A stretch of DNA of 64,000 nt from the NCBI GenBank assembly GCA_046542715.1, contig JBKHAV010000002.1, positions 5,396-69,395 on the forward strand, given 5' to 3'. Source of the DNA: Desulfovibrionales bacterium. GTDB taxonomy: Bacteria; Desulfobacterota; Desulfovibrionia; Desulfovibrionales; JBKHAV01. The notes beneath the pieces were generated by a model. The model ran no database searches. It was not told the DNA's origin and saw only the letters and a program-made list of their open reading frames with translations. This document shows, piece after piece, positions 9,737-18,369 of the stretch; position 1 is the first letter of the stretch; every line of letters begins with the position of its first letter. Made by a program: the position numbers and the translations under genes.

Positions 9737-9922
9737 ATGATGAACATGAGTGTTTCCGGAAACGGGCATGACAAAGCTTTTGTCTTTATTACCTGCGGTG
9801 CGTGTTCCCTGCAATTTGCCACCGTGGACAATGGTACTCCGGACGGGATGTCCCAACTTCCGTGTCCTTTTTGTGGAAATCCTCTCCAAACGGATGGGTG
9901 CCGGGACAGGAAACCCAGGTGA
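9737..9922 (+). CDS. Candidate 61-aa zinc-ribbon protein
   Basis: Two CxxC pairs with ribbon spacing (ITCGACSLQF...LPCPFCGNPL). AAGGA-like RBS about 8 nt upstream. No other support. Confidence 0.4.
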   Translation: MMNMSVSGNGHDKAFVFITCGACSLQFATVDNGTPDGMSQLPCPFCGNPLQTDGCRDRKPR

Positions 9923-10043
9923 ACGGAACAGGCGGACTGGCGGCGTGATCCGTTCCGGTTTGATTGTCGGTCCTGTTTTTTCCGGCTATCCTGCACCCTG
10001 TTTTGACAAAGGGGATTTTCTGCATACATCAGCAAGAGGAGAC

Positions 10044-10829
10044 ATGGGCCAGAATATGGAACAGATTCTCAAAGAGACGTTGGAAGCAGTGGCCCTTTCC
10101 GGAAGGATCATTCAGGACGATTGGGAAAAACCGCGAACTATCCGTCACAAAGGCAGAATCGATCTGGTCACCCAGACCGATCTGGATGTGGAAGCCGATC
10201 TCAAGAGCCGGCTTTCCGCCATCGTACCAGACGCCGACTTTCTGGCCGAGGAGACAGCGTCCGATATCAGGCCGGGAAATCGCACCTGGATCATCGACCC
10301 GTTGGACGGGACAACGAATTTTGCGCATCAATTTCCCTTTGTGGCGACATCCGTTGCCCTGTGGGTCGAAGATCATGTGGAATTTGGTGTGGTTCACCTC
10401 CCCATCATGGGAGAAACGTTTTGGGCCCTCCGCGGTCACGGCGCCTTTTGCAACGGGAAACGCATCACCGTATCGCCGACTTCGGATCTCAAGCAGGCCC
10501 TGGTGGCCACGGGTTTTCCCTATCAGGTCGAAGAATATCTGGACCAGATCCTCGAAAATCTGCGGAACATGCTCTCTCGAACCCAGGGGGTGCGCAGACC
10601 AGGCTCGGCAGCCATCGATCTGGCCTATACGGCCTGCGGGCGGTATGACGGGTTTTACGAATCCTCGCTCAAACCGTGGGATACGGCAGCAGGGTGGCTG
10701 CTTGTGGAAGAGGCGGGGGGCATGGTAAGCCGGTTCAACGAGCACATCCCCTACGCGCTCGGGGCGGATTCGATCCTTGCCTCCAACGGCTTGATCCATG
10801 CTGCCATGAGTTCCCTGCTCGTCGAATAA
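10044..10829 (+). CDS. suhB: Inositol monophosphatase family protein (SuhB-like)
   Basis: ATG at 10044 after AGAGGAGA. Motifs FLAEE, WIIDPLDGTTNF, WDTAAG. Confidence 0.9.
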   Translation: MGQNMEQILKETLEAVALSGRIIQDDWEKPRTIRHKGRIDLVTQTDLDVEADLKSRLSAIVPDADFLAEETASDIRPGNRTWIIDPLDGTTNFAHQFPFVATSVALWVEDHVEFGVVHLPIMGETFWALRGHGAFCNGKRITVSPTSDLKQALVATGFPYQVEEYLDQILENLRNMLSRTQGVRRPGSAAIDLAYTACGRYDGFYESSLKPWDTAAGWLLVEEAGGMVSRFNEHIPYALGADSILASNGLIHAAMSSLLVE

Positions 10830-10845
10830 ACGAAATGGAGTAGAC

Positions 10846-11481
10846 ATGATAAAAACGCTTTCCAGTGTGCTGTGTACGGCTGTGCTCCTGGTATGGGCCC
10901 TGCCCCTTTCGGCCGCCACGCTGACCGAACAGATACAGGACAGGTATGAGTCCATCGATTCGTTCACAACCGAGTTCACCCAGGAACTGACCAATGCCTC
11001 CAGCCGGGAGCGGGAGGTCAGGCAGGGACAGATTTCTTTCAAGCAGCCGCGGCTGATCCGCTGGGAAACCACGGTTCCGGAAGCGGAACTGCTCATTGTC
11101 GGACCTGACACGGTCTGGAACTACTTTCCTGCGGAAGAATCCGTTTACACCTATCCTGTAGAGCAGATTTTCGACTCCAAAACCATGCTCAGGTTCATCT
11201 CCGGGCGAGCCAACCTGGAGGAGGATTTTTTTGTGGAGAGCCAGGAAATGGAAGAGGGGTTTCAAAAGCTCAAGCTTGTCCCCAGAAAACCCGAACCCAA
11301 CCTGGTTCTGGCCTATCTCTGGGTGGACCCGGAAACAGCCCTGCTGCATCAGATTCTGCTCGTTGATTTTTTCGGGAACGGCAATCAGCTCACGTTTGAC
11401 GATCTGGAACTCAACATCGATCTGAGCGAGGACCTGTTCACCTTTTCTCCGCCCCAGGGCGTGGAGATTCTGGAAAATTGA
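10846..11481 (+). CDS. lolA: Outer-membrane lipoprotein carrier protein LolA
   Basis: Signal peptide. F+Q.....S....+..G.I.F.+P...RW pattern (SFTTEFTQELTNASSREREVRQGQISFKQPRLIRWE). Confidence 0.85.
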   Translation: MIKTLSSVLCTAVLLVWALPLSAATLTEQIQDRYESIDSFTTEFTQELTNASSREREVRQGQISFKQPRLIRWETTVPEAELLIVGPDTVWNYFPAEESVYTYPVEQIFDSKTMLRFISGRANLEEDFFVESQEMEEGFQKLKLVPRKPEPNLVLAYLWVDPETALLHQILLVDFFGNGNQLTFDDLELNIDLSEDLFTFSPPQGVEILEN

Positions 11482-11485
11482 TCCA

Positions 11486-12289
11486 ATGGCTGTGAAGCGG
11501 GAATCGTCGACCGTGACACCCGGCTCGGCAGACACCACCAAGCAGCAGGTCCGATTGAACAAGGCCATTGCCGGAGCAGGGGTGTGTTCCAGGCGCAAGG
11601 CGGACGAGCTCATTGCCGCCGGAAAGGTCAAGGTGAATGGTCAGGTGGTCACGGAACTCGGAACCAAAGTGGTCCCGGACAAGGACACCATCGAGGTGGA
11701 GGGCCGAACGATCGGGGAAATGGTGGCCTGTGAGGCTGATCATCTCTACATCGTCCTGCATAAACCCGTGCAGGTGGTGACCACGGCCCACGATCCCCAG
11801 TCCCGCAACACGGTTCTCGATCTGCTGCCCGATCGCCTCAGAAAACGCAGGCCCTTTCCGGTGGGACGACTGGATTTTTTTTCCGAAGGGCTGCTTCTTC
11901 TGACCACGGACGGGGATCTCGCCCACCGGCTGACCCATCCCAGCTTCCACCTGCCAAAGGTCTATGAACTCTGCCTCCGGGGCAGGGTTTCCACGGATCA
12001 GATCCAGACCATGGCGGAAGGAATGGTTCTCAAGGACGGGACCAGCCTTGCCCCGGTAGAGATCTCTATCGCCCAAACCGACCGGAACTCCACGATCATG
12101 CGGATGACGCTCATCCAGGGGGTGAACCGTCAGATCAGACGCATGTGCGAAGAACTCGGGCTGGTCATTCTCACCCTCAAACGGGTCAGCCAGGGGCCTG
12201 TAGAACTTGAGGACCTCAAACCCGGGGAGTTCCGGGAACTCACCCCCGATGAGATTAAAACGCTGAAAGGAGCTGTGAGATTGGTCTAA
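11486..12289 (+). CDS. rluB: Pseudouridine synthase, RsuA/RluB family
   Basis: S4 domain RLNKAIAGAGVCSRRKADELIAAGKVKVNG. Catalytic GRLDFFSEGLLLLTTDG. Confidence 0.9.
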   Translation: MAVKRESSTVTPGSADTTKQQVRLNKAIAGAGVCSRRKADELIAAGKVKVNGQVVTELGTKVVPDKDTIEVEGRTIGEMVACEADHLYIVLHKPVQVVTTAHDPQSRNTVLDLLPDRLRKRRPFPVGRLDFFSEGLLLLTTDGDLAHRLTHPSFHLPKVYELCLRGRVSTDQIQTMAEGMVLKDGTSLAPVEISIAQTDRNSTIMRMTLIQGVNRQIRRMCEELGLVILTLKRVSQGPVELEDLKPGEFRELTPDEIKTLKGAVRLV

Positions 12290-12372
12290 CCATCCGGCCG
12301 GCTAAAGCTCTCAGCCGGAAGAAAAAGCAACCGACCGTAGGACCTGTGGCCTTTCACCCCCAGGCTGCGGGA

Positions 12373-12984
12373 TCAAACGCTGACCACCTTGTCCGCTATC
12401 TGCATGGACGTGATCACGTCCAGCATGTTCGTTGTCTGTCCGACGCTCTTTTTTTCCAAAATCCCGAAATGGTCCAGACAGGTTCCGCAAACCAGGATGG
12501 AAACCTTGTCCTGCTCGAGTCGTAAAAGGCTTTCCAGAACAGCGCTTCCTGCGACGCAGAGATTGACTCCGCTGTTGACGAAAATGATCCGCCACAACCC
12601 TTCCATCTCCGGCAGAGTGGAGAGGAAATTTTTCATGAGTTTGGCCCCGAGTTCGTCATCGCCGGCCCCGATCCGGTCAGAAGCGATAAACACCAGAGTT
12701 TTCGCGGGTCCGCCGGACTTGTGCGGAAGCGAGGGTTCAGGCTGCTCCTGAGTCGATGCCGTCCCTTGCTTCGTGGCCCTGATGTTCCATTCCCCGCCGT
12801 GTTCCTCGGTGGCAATGATGGAATACTTCTGGGTGGACAGAAAACGCTTCACGTTTTCCATGGATGCCTGATTATCCACGACCACGACAAGGGTCTCGGG
12901 ATGGTGCGCCTGGATGACCTGCTTGCTTTTCAGCACGGGCTGGGGGCAGGGCAGACCCTGGCACTCCACTTTGATTTCTGACAT
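12373..12984 (-). CDS. yedF: Sulfurtransferase-like selenium metabolism protein YedF (TusA/SirA-like N-domain plus C-terminal domain)
   Basis: ATG at complement of 12982-12984 after AAGGAG. TusA-type active site CQGLPCPQP. Confidence 0.75.
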   Translation of the reverse strand: MSEIKVECQGLPCPQPVLKSKQVIQAHHPETLVVVVDNQASMENVKRFLSTQKYSIIATEEHGGEWNIRATKQGTASTQEQPEPSLPHKSGGPAKTLVFIASDRIGAGDDELGAKLMKNFLSTLPEMEGLWRIIFVNSGVNLCVAGSAVLESLLRLEQDKVSILVCGTCLDHFGILEKKSVGQTTNMLDVITSMQIADKVVSV

Positions 12985-13092
12985 ACTGCCGACTCCTTTT
13001 TGCTTCCACAGCACAACCACAAGAACCGGATCGAATCAAATTGAAAATTGTTATCCATTCCCTGCAAACCTATCGGGTGCATTGATACGACA

Positions 13093-13728
13093 ATGGCCAT
13101 CAAGCTCGATCCCGCGATCGTCTCCCCGCCGCTCTGCATTCTGACCCGCCTCTGGTGCATGAGCCTGCGTTATGAACGGACCGGGTATGAACTCCTTTTG
13201 CATGAGCGGTCCAGGGGGAAGCGGCTGGTCTATGCCACATGGCACGATGAGCTATTCCCTCTAGGATTTCTCCACCGGGGTGAGGGCGTTGTGGCCGTTG
13301 TCAGCCAAAGCCGGGATGGAGAGTTCATCGGCAGAGTTCTGGCGCACTTTGGATTTGTCCTGGCCAGAGGGTCCAGCAGCAGGGGAGGGCTCAAGGCCCT
13401 GGTTTCGGCATTTCGGACCATGAAAAAGGAAAACAGAAGTGCATGCTTTACTGTGGACGGGCCCCGGGGCCCGCGTCATAAAGTCAAAGACGGGGCAATA
13501 TTTCTAGCAGTGAAAAGCAATGCATTGCTCGTTCCGGTCAGGGTAAGCATGTCGCCGGTCAAAGTTTTCGAGCGGTCCTGGGACAAGTTCCAACTGCCTC
13601 TTCCCGGAGCCAAATGCCGGGTCACCTACGGCGTTCCCTATCATCCCGATGATGACCTCTCACCCGAGGGGCTCCAGCGGCAGCGGGCAATACTGGAAGA
13701 GCGACTCAACTCTTTGGGCGGAACGTGA
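13093..13728 (+). CDS. DUF374-family lysophospholipid acyltransferase-like protein
   Basis: WHDELFPL...SQSRDGEFI...GSSSRGG...DGPRGPRHKVKDG pattern of DUF374. Start is ATG 13093 or upstream 13048. Confidence 0.8.
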   Translation: MAIKLDPAIVSPPLCILTRLWCMSLRYERTGYELLLHERSRGKRLVYATWHDELFPLGFLHRGEGVVAVVSQSRDGEFIGRVLAHFGFVLARGSSSRGGLKALVSAFRTMKKENRSACFTVDGPRGPRHKVKDGAIFLAVKSNALLVPVRVSMSPVKVFERSWDKFQLPLPGAKCRVTYGVPYHPDDDLSPEGLQRQRAILEERLNSLGGT

Positions 13729-14606
13729 TGAACGACATGTTCTTTGAAACACTTTCGGGCATGGGGCAGAAGCTGGACTTCGAGTCGACCTGGAATTTCG
13801 GGGGGGTTCTGGGAACTATGCTGTGGGCGACACTCCCTGGACGCAGGACCGAAACCATCGATGCGGTCTATGCCCGGCTGGGAAAACCTCTCCCCATTGC
13901 CGAGGCGATCGCCAAACAAAGTTTTGCGCACAACTCCAGATCATTTCTTGAAATCTTCTGCAACCGCCGGATCGATCACCGCTTTTATCACGACCAGCTC
14001 ACCTTTCAAAATCCTGAGCAGCTTGCGGACATTCAGGCCGCAGACCGGCCAGTTGTCGCTGTTACAGCTCACCTGGGCTCCTGGGAACTGCTGGTCGGGC
14101 TCTTCAACTTCTTTTTCCCTCAGCGGGGAGCCCAGGTTGTGGTCAGAAAACAACGCAATCCTGCCCTGGACACCATGATCCGTCGACTTCGATCCAGGCC
14201 GGGAGTCGACATTGTTCCGCACAGGAATGCCACCCGCAAAGTGCTCAAAAATCTCTCCCGCAAGGGCGTGACCGCCTTCCTGGTTGACCACAACTGCTCA
14301 CGAGACGAGGCGGTTTTCCTGCCTTTCCTGGGCAAAACTGCAGCGGTGAATCTGGGTCCGGCGCTGCTGGCTCTTCGATCGGAAGCCCTGGTCTGGCCTG
14401 TGTTTCTTTTGCGCCGCGGAAAGGGTCGATACGAATTCGTTTCCCATAAGCCCCTGGACACCAAAACGTTGAAAGGGGACAGGAGAACGCAGGTCGAGAA
14501 CATTGCCAGGTTTTACACCCAGGCGGTTGCCGAACGGGTACGAAGCGACCCGGAGCAGTGGTTCTGGATGCACCGGCGATGGAAAACGCAACCTGAAAAG
14601 CGTTGA
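13728..14606 (+). CDS. Lipid A biosynthesis (LpxL/HtrB-family) acyltransferase
   Basis: Acyltransferase HX4E motif AHLGSWELL. C-terminus PEQWFWMHRRWK typical of LpxL/LpxM. The ATG overlaps the DUF374 stop (GTGATG). Confidence 0.85.
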   Translation: MNDMFFETLSGMGQKLDFESTWNFGGVLGTMLWATLPGRRTETIDAVYARLGKPLPIAEAIAKQSFAHNSRSFLEIFCNRRIDHRFYHDQLTFQNPEQLADIQAADRPVVAVTAHLGSWELLVGLFNFFFPQRGAQVVVRKQRNPALDTMIRRLRSRPGVDIVPHRNATRKVLKNLSRKGVTAFLVDHNCSRDEAVFLPFLGKTAAVNLGPALLALRSEALVWPVFLLRRGKGRYEFVSHKPLDTKTLKGDRRTQVENIARFYTQAVAERVRSDPEQWFWMHRRWKTQPEKR

Positions 14607-14978
14607 GCTCTTCTTTAAGACAACCCCTCTATCCGGCAAACTTCGGCCATTTTCCTGTTGTCCTGAACAGATATCCTGCTTCAGCGTCAAATCCGCTCAC
14701 CTGTTATGTCTGAAACCATCATTTCGCATGGTTTGCCTGTAATTGGCGCGTAAGGAATTTCCATAGGTGGCGCGAACAAAGAGACGACTTTGGGAATCTA
14801 AAGCGCTTACAAGGAAAATTTGCGCCTTGTTTATACAGGAATGCACGATGAGAAGTTCACAGGGGTGTTTTGGAAGGAGACGAACATCTTCTTCCTGTAA
14901 ACCGGCTTCAGCCGGAGTTTGAATTGCTATGCATACAGAACTTAAAGTTCAACTTTAGGTCTAGTCATAGGGCCACCC

Positions 14979-17030
14979 TTAGAAGGGGAAGGGGAGGATT
15001 GCATCAGGTTGCCGGACCCGGCCTTTTCCAGAGATAGCGTTCAACCTGTCCTGGGCAGCCTCCTTTTGACTTTTGCGGTCCGCCTTTTTCAGCACTTCAC
15101 TCAACAGTGCCGCTGCTGCATCATATGACCCTTTCTGCTCGTTGATCAGGGCACTGCGGTACAGGGCGGTGACAGCCCAGATGTTCTGCTCAGGATACGC
15201 CCATGCAAGGCGAAGATAGGAATGCAGAGCCCGGTCCAGTTCGCCCTGCTGCTGATATCCTTCCCCGATCCAGAAGAGGATTTCTGCCTGGAGCTCACGA
15301 CTCAGTGTTTCCCTGGATTTCCAGAGGGTATCCAGAATGCGTTGCGCTCCGGTCCAGTTTCCGCGCTGCTGTGCATACAGAGCCACCTTCATCCTCTTGT
15401 CCGGAGAAAGCCATTGCGGATAGCGGGAAAGCAGGGTGGAATAAGTGGCCATGGCCCTGTCTTCCCACCCGAGTTCCATTTCCAGACCGGCCCGGGCCTC
15501 CAGAAACTCGGCCTCCCGTTCCCTGGAGATCGATTCCGCACCGATTTCATTGAGATAGGTCCAGGCGAGTCTGGTCTCTCCCTGATCGTGGGCTTCACGG
15601 GCCAGGAAGAGGAGGGCCTGGTATCCCAGGGTGGTCCCGGGGTAGAGCATGGCGATGCGTTTTGCCGCAGCAGGGGAGGGGGAACGCTCCCATTCTTCCT
15701 GCAGTCCACCAAAGGCGATCACCCTGTCCAGGGGGTATGCTGATGCAGCAGAAGCGCCGTTTCCGTCCTGAACCACCAGCCAGAAGGGTCCGTCCGTTCC
15801 CGGGGGAACAATGTCTGCAGACTCGGAAAGGAGCCGAAGCGCTTCCTGATGCTCCCGGGGAAGAGAATGTTCAGAACCAGGCGCATTTTGAATAAAAATG
15901 CGGGCAAGACGAAAGCTCAGGGGAAGGTCTGCATCCGGAAGTGACTCCATTGCAGTCAGCGCTTCCTGGAAATGTCCTGCGGAGAGAAGATGCGATACCC
16001 TGAGAAACTCAAGTACTGTTGTATACTCCTGGGGAATGAGCGGTGATGTGCGCTCCAAAGCGATACGGTCCAAAGCGTCGGCACTGGAAAGGGCATGCAA
16101 ATCCAGCAGATAGCCGGCCCAGATCTTGCCCTCGAGGTCCGGAATGGTCCAGACCCGGCGGGGATCAAATCCGGTCCAGCCCAGATCCCAGAAATGAGCG
16201 GCTTTGAAGAGTCCGGACCTGCGCAAAGAACCGACGAAATCATCAGAAATTTGCCCGGTCTTCAGGTAGGAGCCAAAGGTTCTCCAGAACACTCTGACTT
16301 CAGGCTGGGGTATCGCGCTGAGAAATGCCTCGGCCTGTTCCCAGTGCAGCCTGGACCAGGCCCCGAGAGCCCTGATCAACGCCGGCATGACCACGGAATC
16401 CATATCCTCGACGAGCAGGACATCGAAATCTGGATTGGCAGCTTCAAAACGATGGAACCGAGACTCTCCGGAATAGGCCCAGAACCTGCTTTCCGGCCAG
16501 AGTGACATGGCTGCCTCCCGAGAACTGCTGAGAAATTCCTGGCGGTCTCCAGCAGCGTCATCCCAGGGTCCGGATTTCACATCCCAGAACAGGGCAAGCC
16601 ATACCGTTTCCCAGAACCGTTCCAGTCCGGGCTCATCAAGACATTTGCTTGCAAATTCCTCTTGTGTCATGGAATCCCCGGCCTTCATGTAGAGGATCAG
16701 TGCAGCTGCATGATGCTGCAGAGCCCGTTCAGCCCTGGCCATGGTCCAGAGCCGTTGGGCCTCGAACCGGGTGTCTTCGCCAAAAGGGCCGGAGCGCTGC
16801 AGAAGTTCAAGTGCCGGCTCAGCTTTTCCCATACGCAGGAGATAATCGGAGCGCTCGAGAACAGCCTCTGGCGAATCGCTGTCAGAAGCATTGATCGAGG
16901 CCAGAACGTCCCAGGCATTCCTGGCTTTGAGCCATTCTGAAAATTTAGCATCACTTTGAGCAGCAGCGACACCACTGAAAAGCCCGCCCAGAAGCATGAG
17001 CGCTACGGTCAGGTGGACTCGATATTTCAT
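14979..17030 (-). CDS. Secreted 683-aa all-helical/TPR-like protein, function unknown
   Basis: Signal peptide MKYRVHLTVALMLLGGLFSGVAAAQS. TPR-like C-terminal repeats. No catalytic motif seen. Confidence 0.75.
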   Translation of the reverse strand: MKYRVHLTVALMLLGGLFSGVAAAQSDAKFSEWLKARNAWDVLASINASDSDSPEAVLERSDYLLRMGKAEPALELLQRSGPFGEDTRFEAQRLWTMARAERALQHHAAALILYMKAGDSMTQEEFASKCLDEPGLERFWETVWLALFWDVKSGPWDDAAGDRQEFLSSSREAAMSLWPESRFWAYSGESRFHRFEAANPDFDVLLVEDMDSVVMPALIRALGAWSRLHWEQAEAFLSAIPQPEVRVFWRTFGSYLKTGQISDDFVGSLRRSGLFKAAHFWDLGWTGFDPRRVWTIPDLEGKIWAGYLLDLHALSSADALDRIALERTSPLIPQEYTTVLEFLRVSHLLSAGHFQEALTAMESLPDADLPLSFRLARIFIQNAPGSEHSLPREHQEALRLLSESADIVPPGTDGPFWLVVQDGNGASAASAYPLDRVIAFGGLQEEWERSPSPAAAKRIAMLYPGTTLGYQALLFLAREAHDQGETRLAWTYLNEIGAESISREREAEFLEARAGLEMELGWEDRAMATYSTLLSRYPQWLSPDKRMKVALYAQQRGNWTGAQRILDTLWKSRETLSRELQAEILFWIGEGYQQQGELDRALHSYLRLAWAYPEQNIWAVTALYRSALINEQKGSYDAAAALLSEVLKKADRKSQKEAAQDRLNAISGKGRVRQPDAILPFPF

Positions 17031-17425
17031 GCAATCTCCAATTTTGTTCTTTTATCGAAGCCTGTGAAAGTGCAGTAGCAGGCAGGCCATACAAGGGCAA
17101 GAACAGGTCGATCGAGTTAGACCAATTTTTTAAAGTTAACATAATTTACATTATGAGACTTAACGATAACGATAAAAGAGTTTCAAAAATTCGCGCTGAT
17201 ACCAAGGCGTGTCGTACCCTGGCCATGTGCCGAATCCTGAATGCCCTGACAAGCCGTTGAAAAATCCTCACGCGCTCTGCTTGAGAAAAACCAGCAATGC
17301 TCTCAGTATCATCTGCAAGGCTCATTCTTCACCTCACGGCTAGCGGTCTGTCAGCGTGGTGTTTGAACAGCACGTAGAAATTCAAGGAAATCGAGACTCG
17401 GGTCGGATTTCGCAGGAAGGAAAAA

Positions 17426-17701
17426 CTATGGGGATGCTGATCGCTTGGCGTAATGCAGGACCAGTTCCAGGACAGCCTTTACATCGGAAAGCTCGTTTCC
17501 ATGCTTGAGAACCATTTCCTCAATGGTGTGCAGCTTTTCCTGAATTCCCGGCGCATCCTCCCGGGAATCCCCCCCGATGTGATCGACAAAATCCTGCAGC
17601 ACCTGCCTGGTCAACGAGGAAAAGGTCGTTCCTCGCTCCAGAGCGAGGCCGTGGAGATCTTGAGCAAGCGCTTCAGGCAGATACAGATTGATCCGCTTCA
17701 T
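17426..17701 (-). CDS. Ribbon-helix-helix (CopG/MetJ-Arc type) DNA-binding protein, orphan
   Basis: MKRINLYLPEALAQDLHGLALERGTTFSSLTRQVLQDF is a canonical RHH beta-alpha-alpha N-terminus. GGAG RBS 7 nt before the ATG at complement of 17699-17701. Confidence 0.75.
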   Translation of the reverse strand: MKRINLYLPEALAQDLHGLALERGTTFSSLTRQVLQDFVDHIGGDSREDAPGIQEKLHTIEEMVLKHGNELSDVKAVLELVLHYAKRSASP

Positions 17702-17715
17702 ACACAACTCCGTTA

Positions 17716-17749
17716 TGTATAAATGGTGTATACTTGTGTATAATGTACA
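17716..17749. promoter_or_regulatory. Phased TGTATA direct repeats plus TGTACA palindrome immediately upstream of the RHH gene (candidate operator)
   Basis: TGTATA starts at 17716, 17727 and 17737 (11- and 10-bp spacing). TGTACA at 17744. Confidence 0.45.
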
Positions 17750-18063
17750 TCAGGTACAGCAGACCGTCCACTGCGCTTCTGCTCCTCAGCCTGTTCACCG
17801 TCTGAACCAGGTGTGCGAAAGGCGGTTAATTGGAGATTTGCTTTGAAATGGACAGAAACGCCCTTGTGAGGCGTTTTGCCCTTTGGGATAGCGAATCTAT
17901 CCGCTTTTTGGAAAGGAAAGCGGGAGAATGGAAATATGGGACCTGATTTTTCAAGGAGAAAGAAATGCTGCCTGGGAGATTTCTCCTTGGCGATGAATAA
18001 AACCATGGGTTTGAGCTGCAGATCCAATTCGAAAAGAAATCTGGGTGAATACGCAGTCGCAGG

Positions 18064-18339
18064 TCAGCTGGCTTTCTCGGTCTCCTTTTCCTCGATCTGC
18101 TTGAGGAACTTGTCCCGGCAATCATAACTGCAGAAATTGTGTACTGCTTCTCCTTCACGGACCCGGATTTCACTGTCCTTGGAAACATAGGTGCCGCAAA
18201 TCGGATCCTTGACCATGACGCCGTTGGCTGCCAGTTTTTCAGATTCCTTTTTTTTGGTTTCCATTTTTTTCTTCTTGTCGCCAATGAAGAGCTTATACAG
18301 GATGAAGGCGGCAACAATAAAAATGACGAATTTCAGCAT
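18064..18339 (-). CDS. Membrane-anchored YHS/TRASH-type metal-binding domain protein
   Basis: N-terminal TM. DPICGTYV...FCSYDCRDKF matches the YHS/TRASH Cys pattern. AAGGA RBS. Confidence 0.7.
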   Translation of the reverse strand: MLKFVIFIVAAFILYKLFIGDKKKKMETKKKESEKLAANGVMVKDPICGTYVSKDSEIRVREGEAVHNFCSYDCRDKFLKQIEEKETEKAS

Positions 18340-18369
18340 CGGACCATCCTTAAAGTATGACTTTAGGGT

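Noticed and set aside
14607-14978. Gap of RNase P RNA size. I checked it for RNase P, SRP, tmRNA and tRNA signatures.
   Set aside because: None of these motifs is present: GAGGAAAGTCCGG (RNase P), GGTCCGGAAGGAAGCAGCC (SRP), a tmRNA 5' end, or a GGTTCGAATCC T-loop.
17713-18027. 104-aa minus-strand ORF in the AT-rich pocket, and the 163-aa ORF 17826..18317.
   Set aside because: Both have odd composition and no RBS. The latter overlaps the well-supported YHS-domain gene out of frame.
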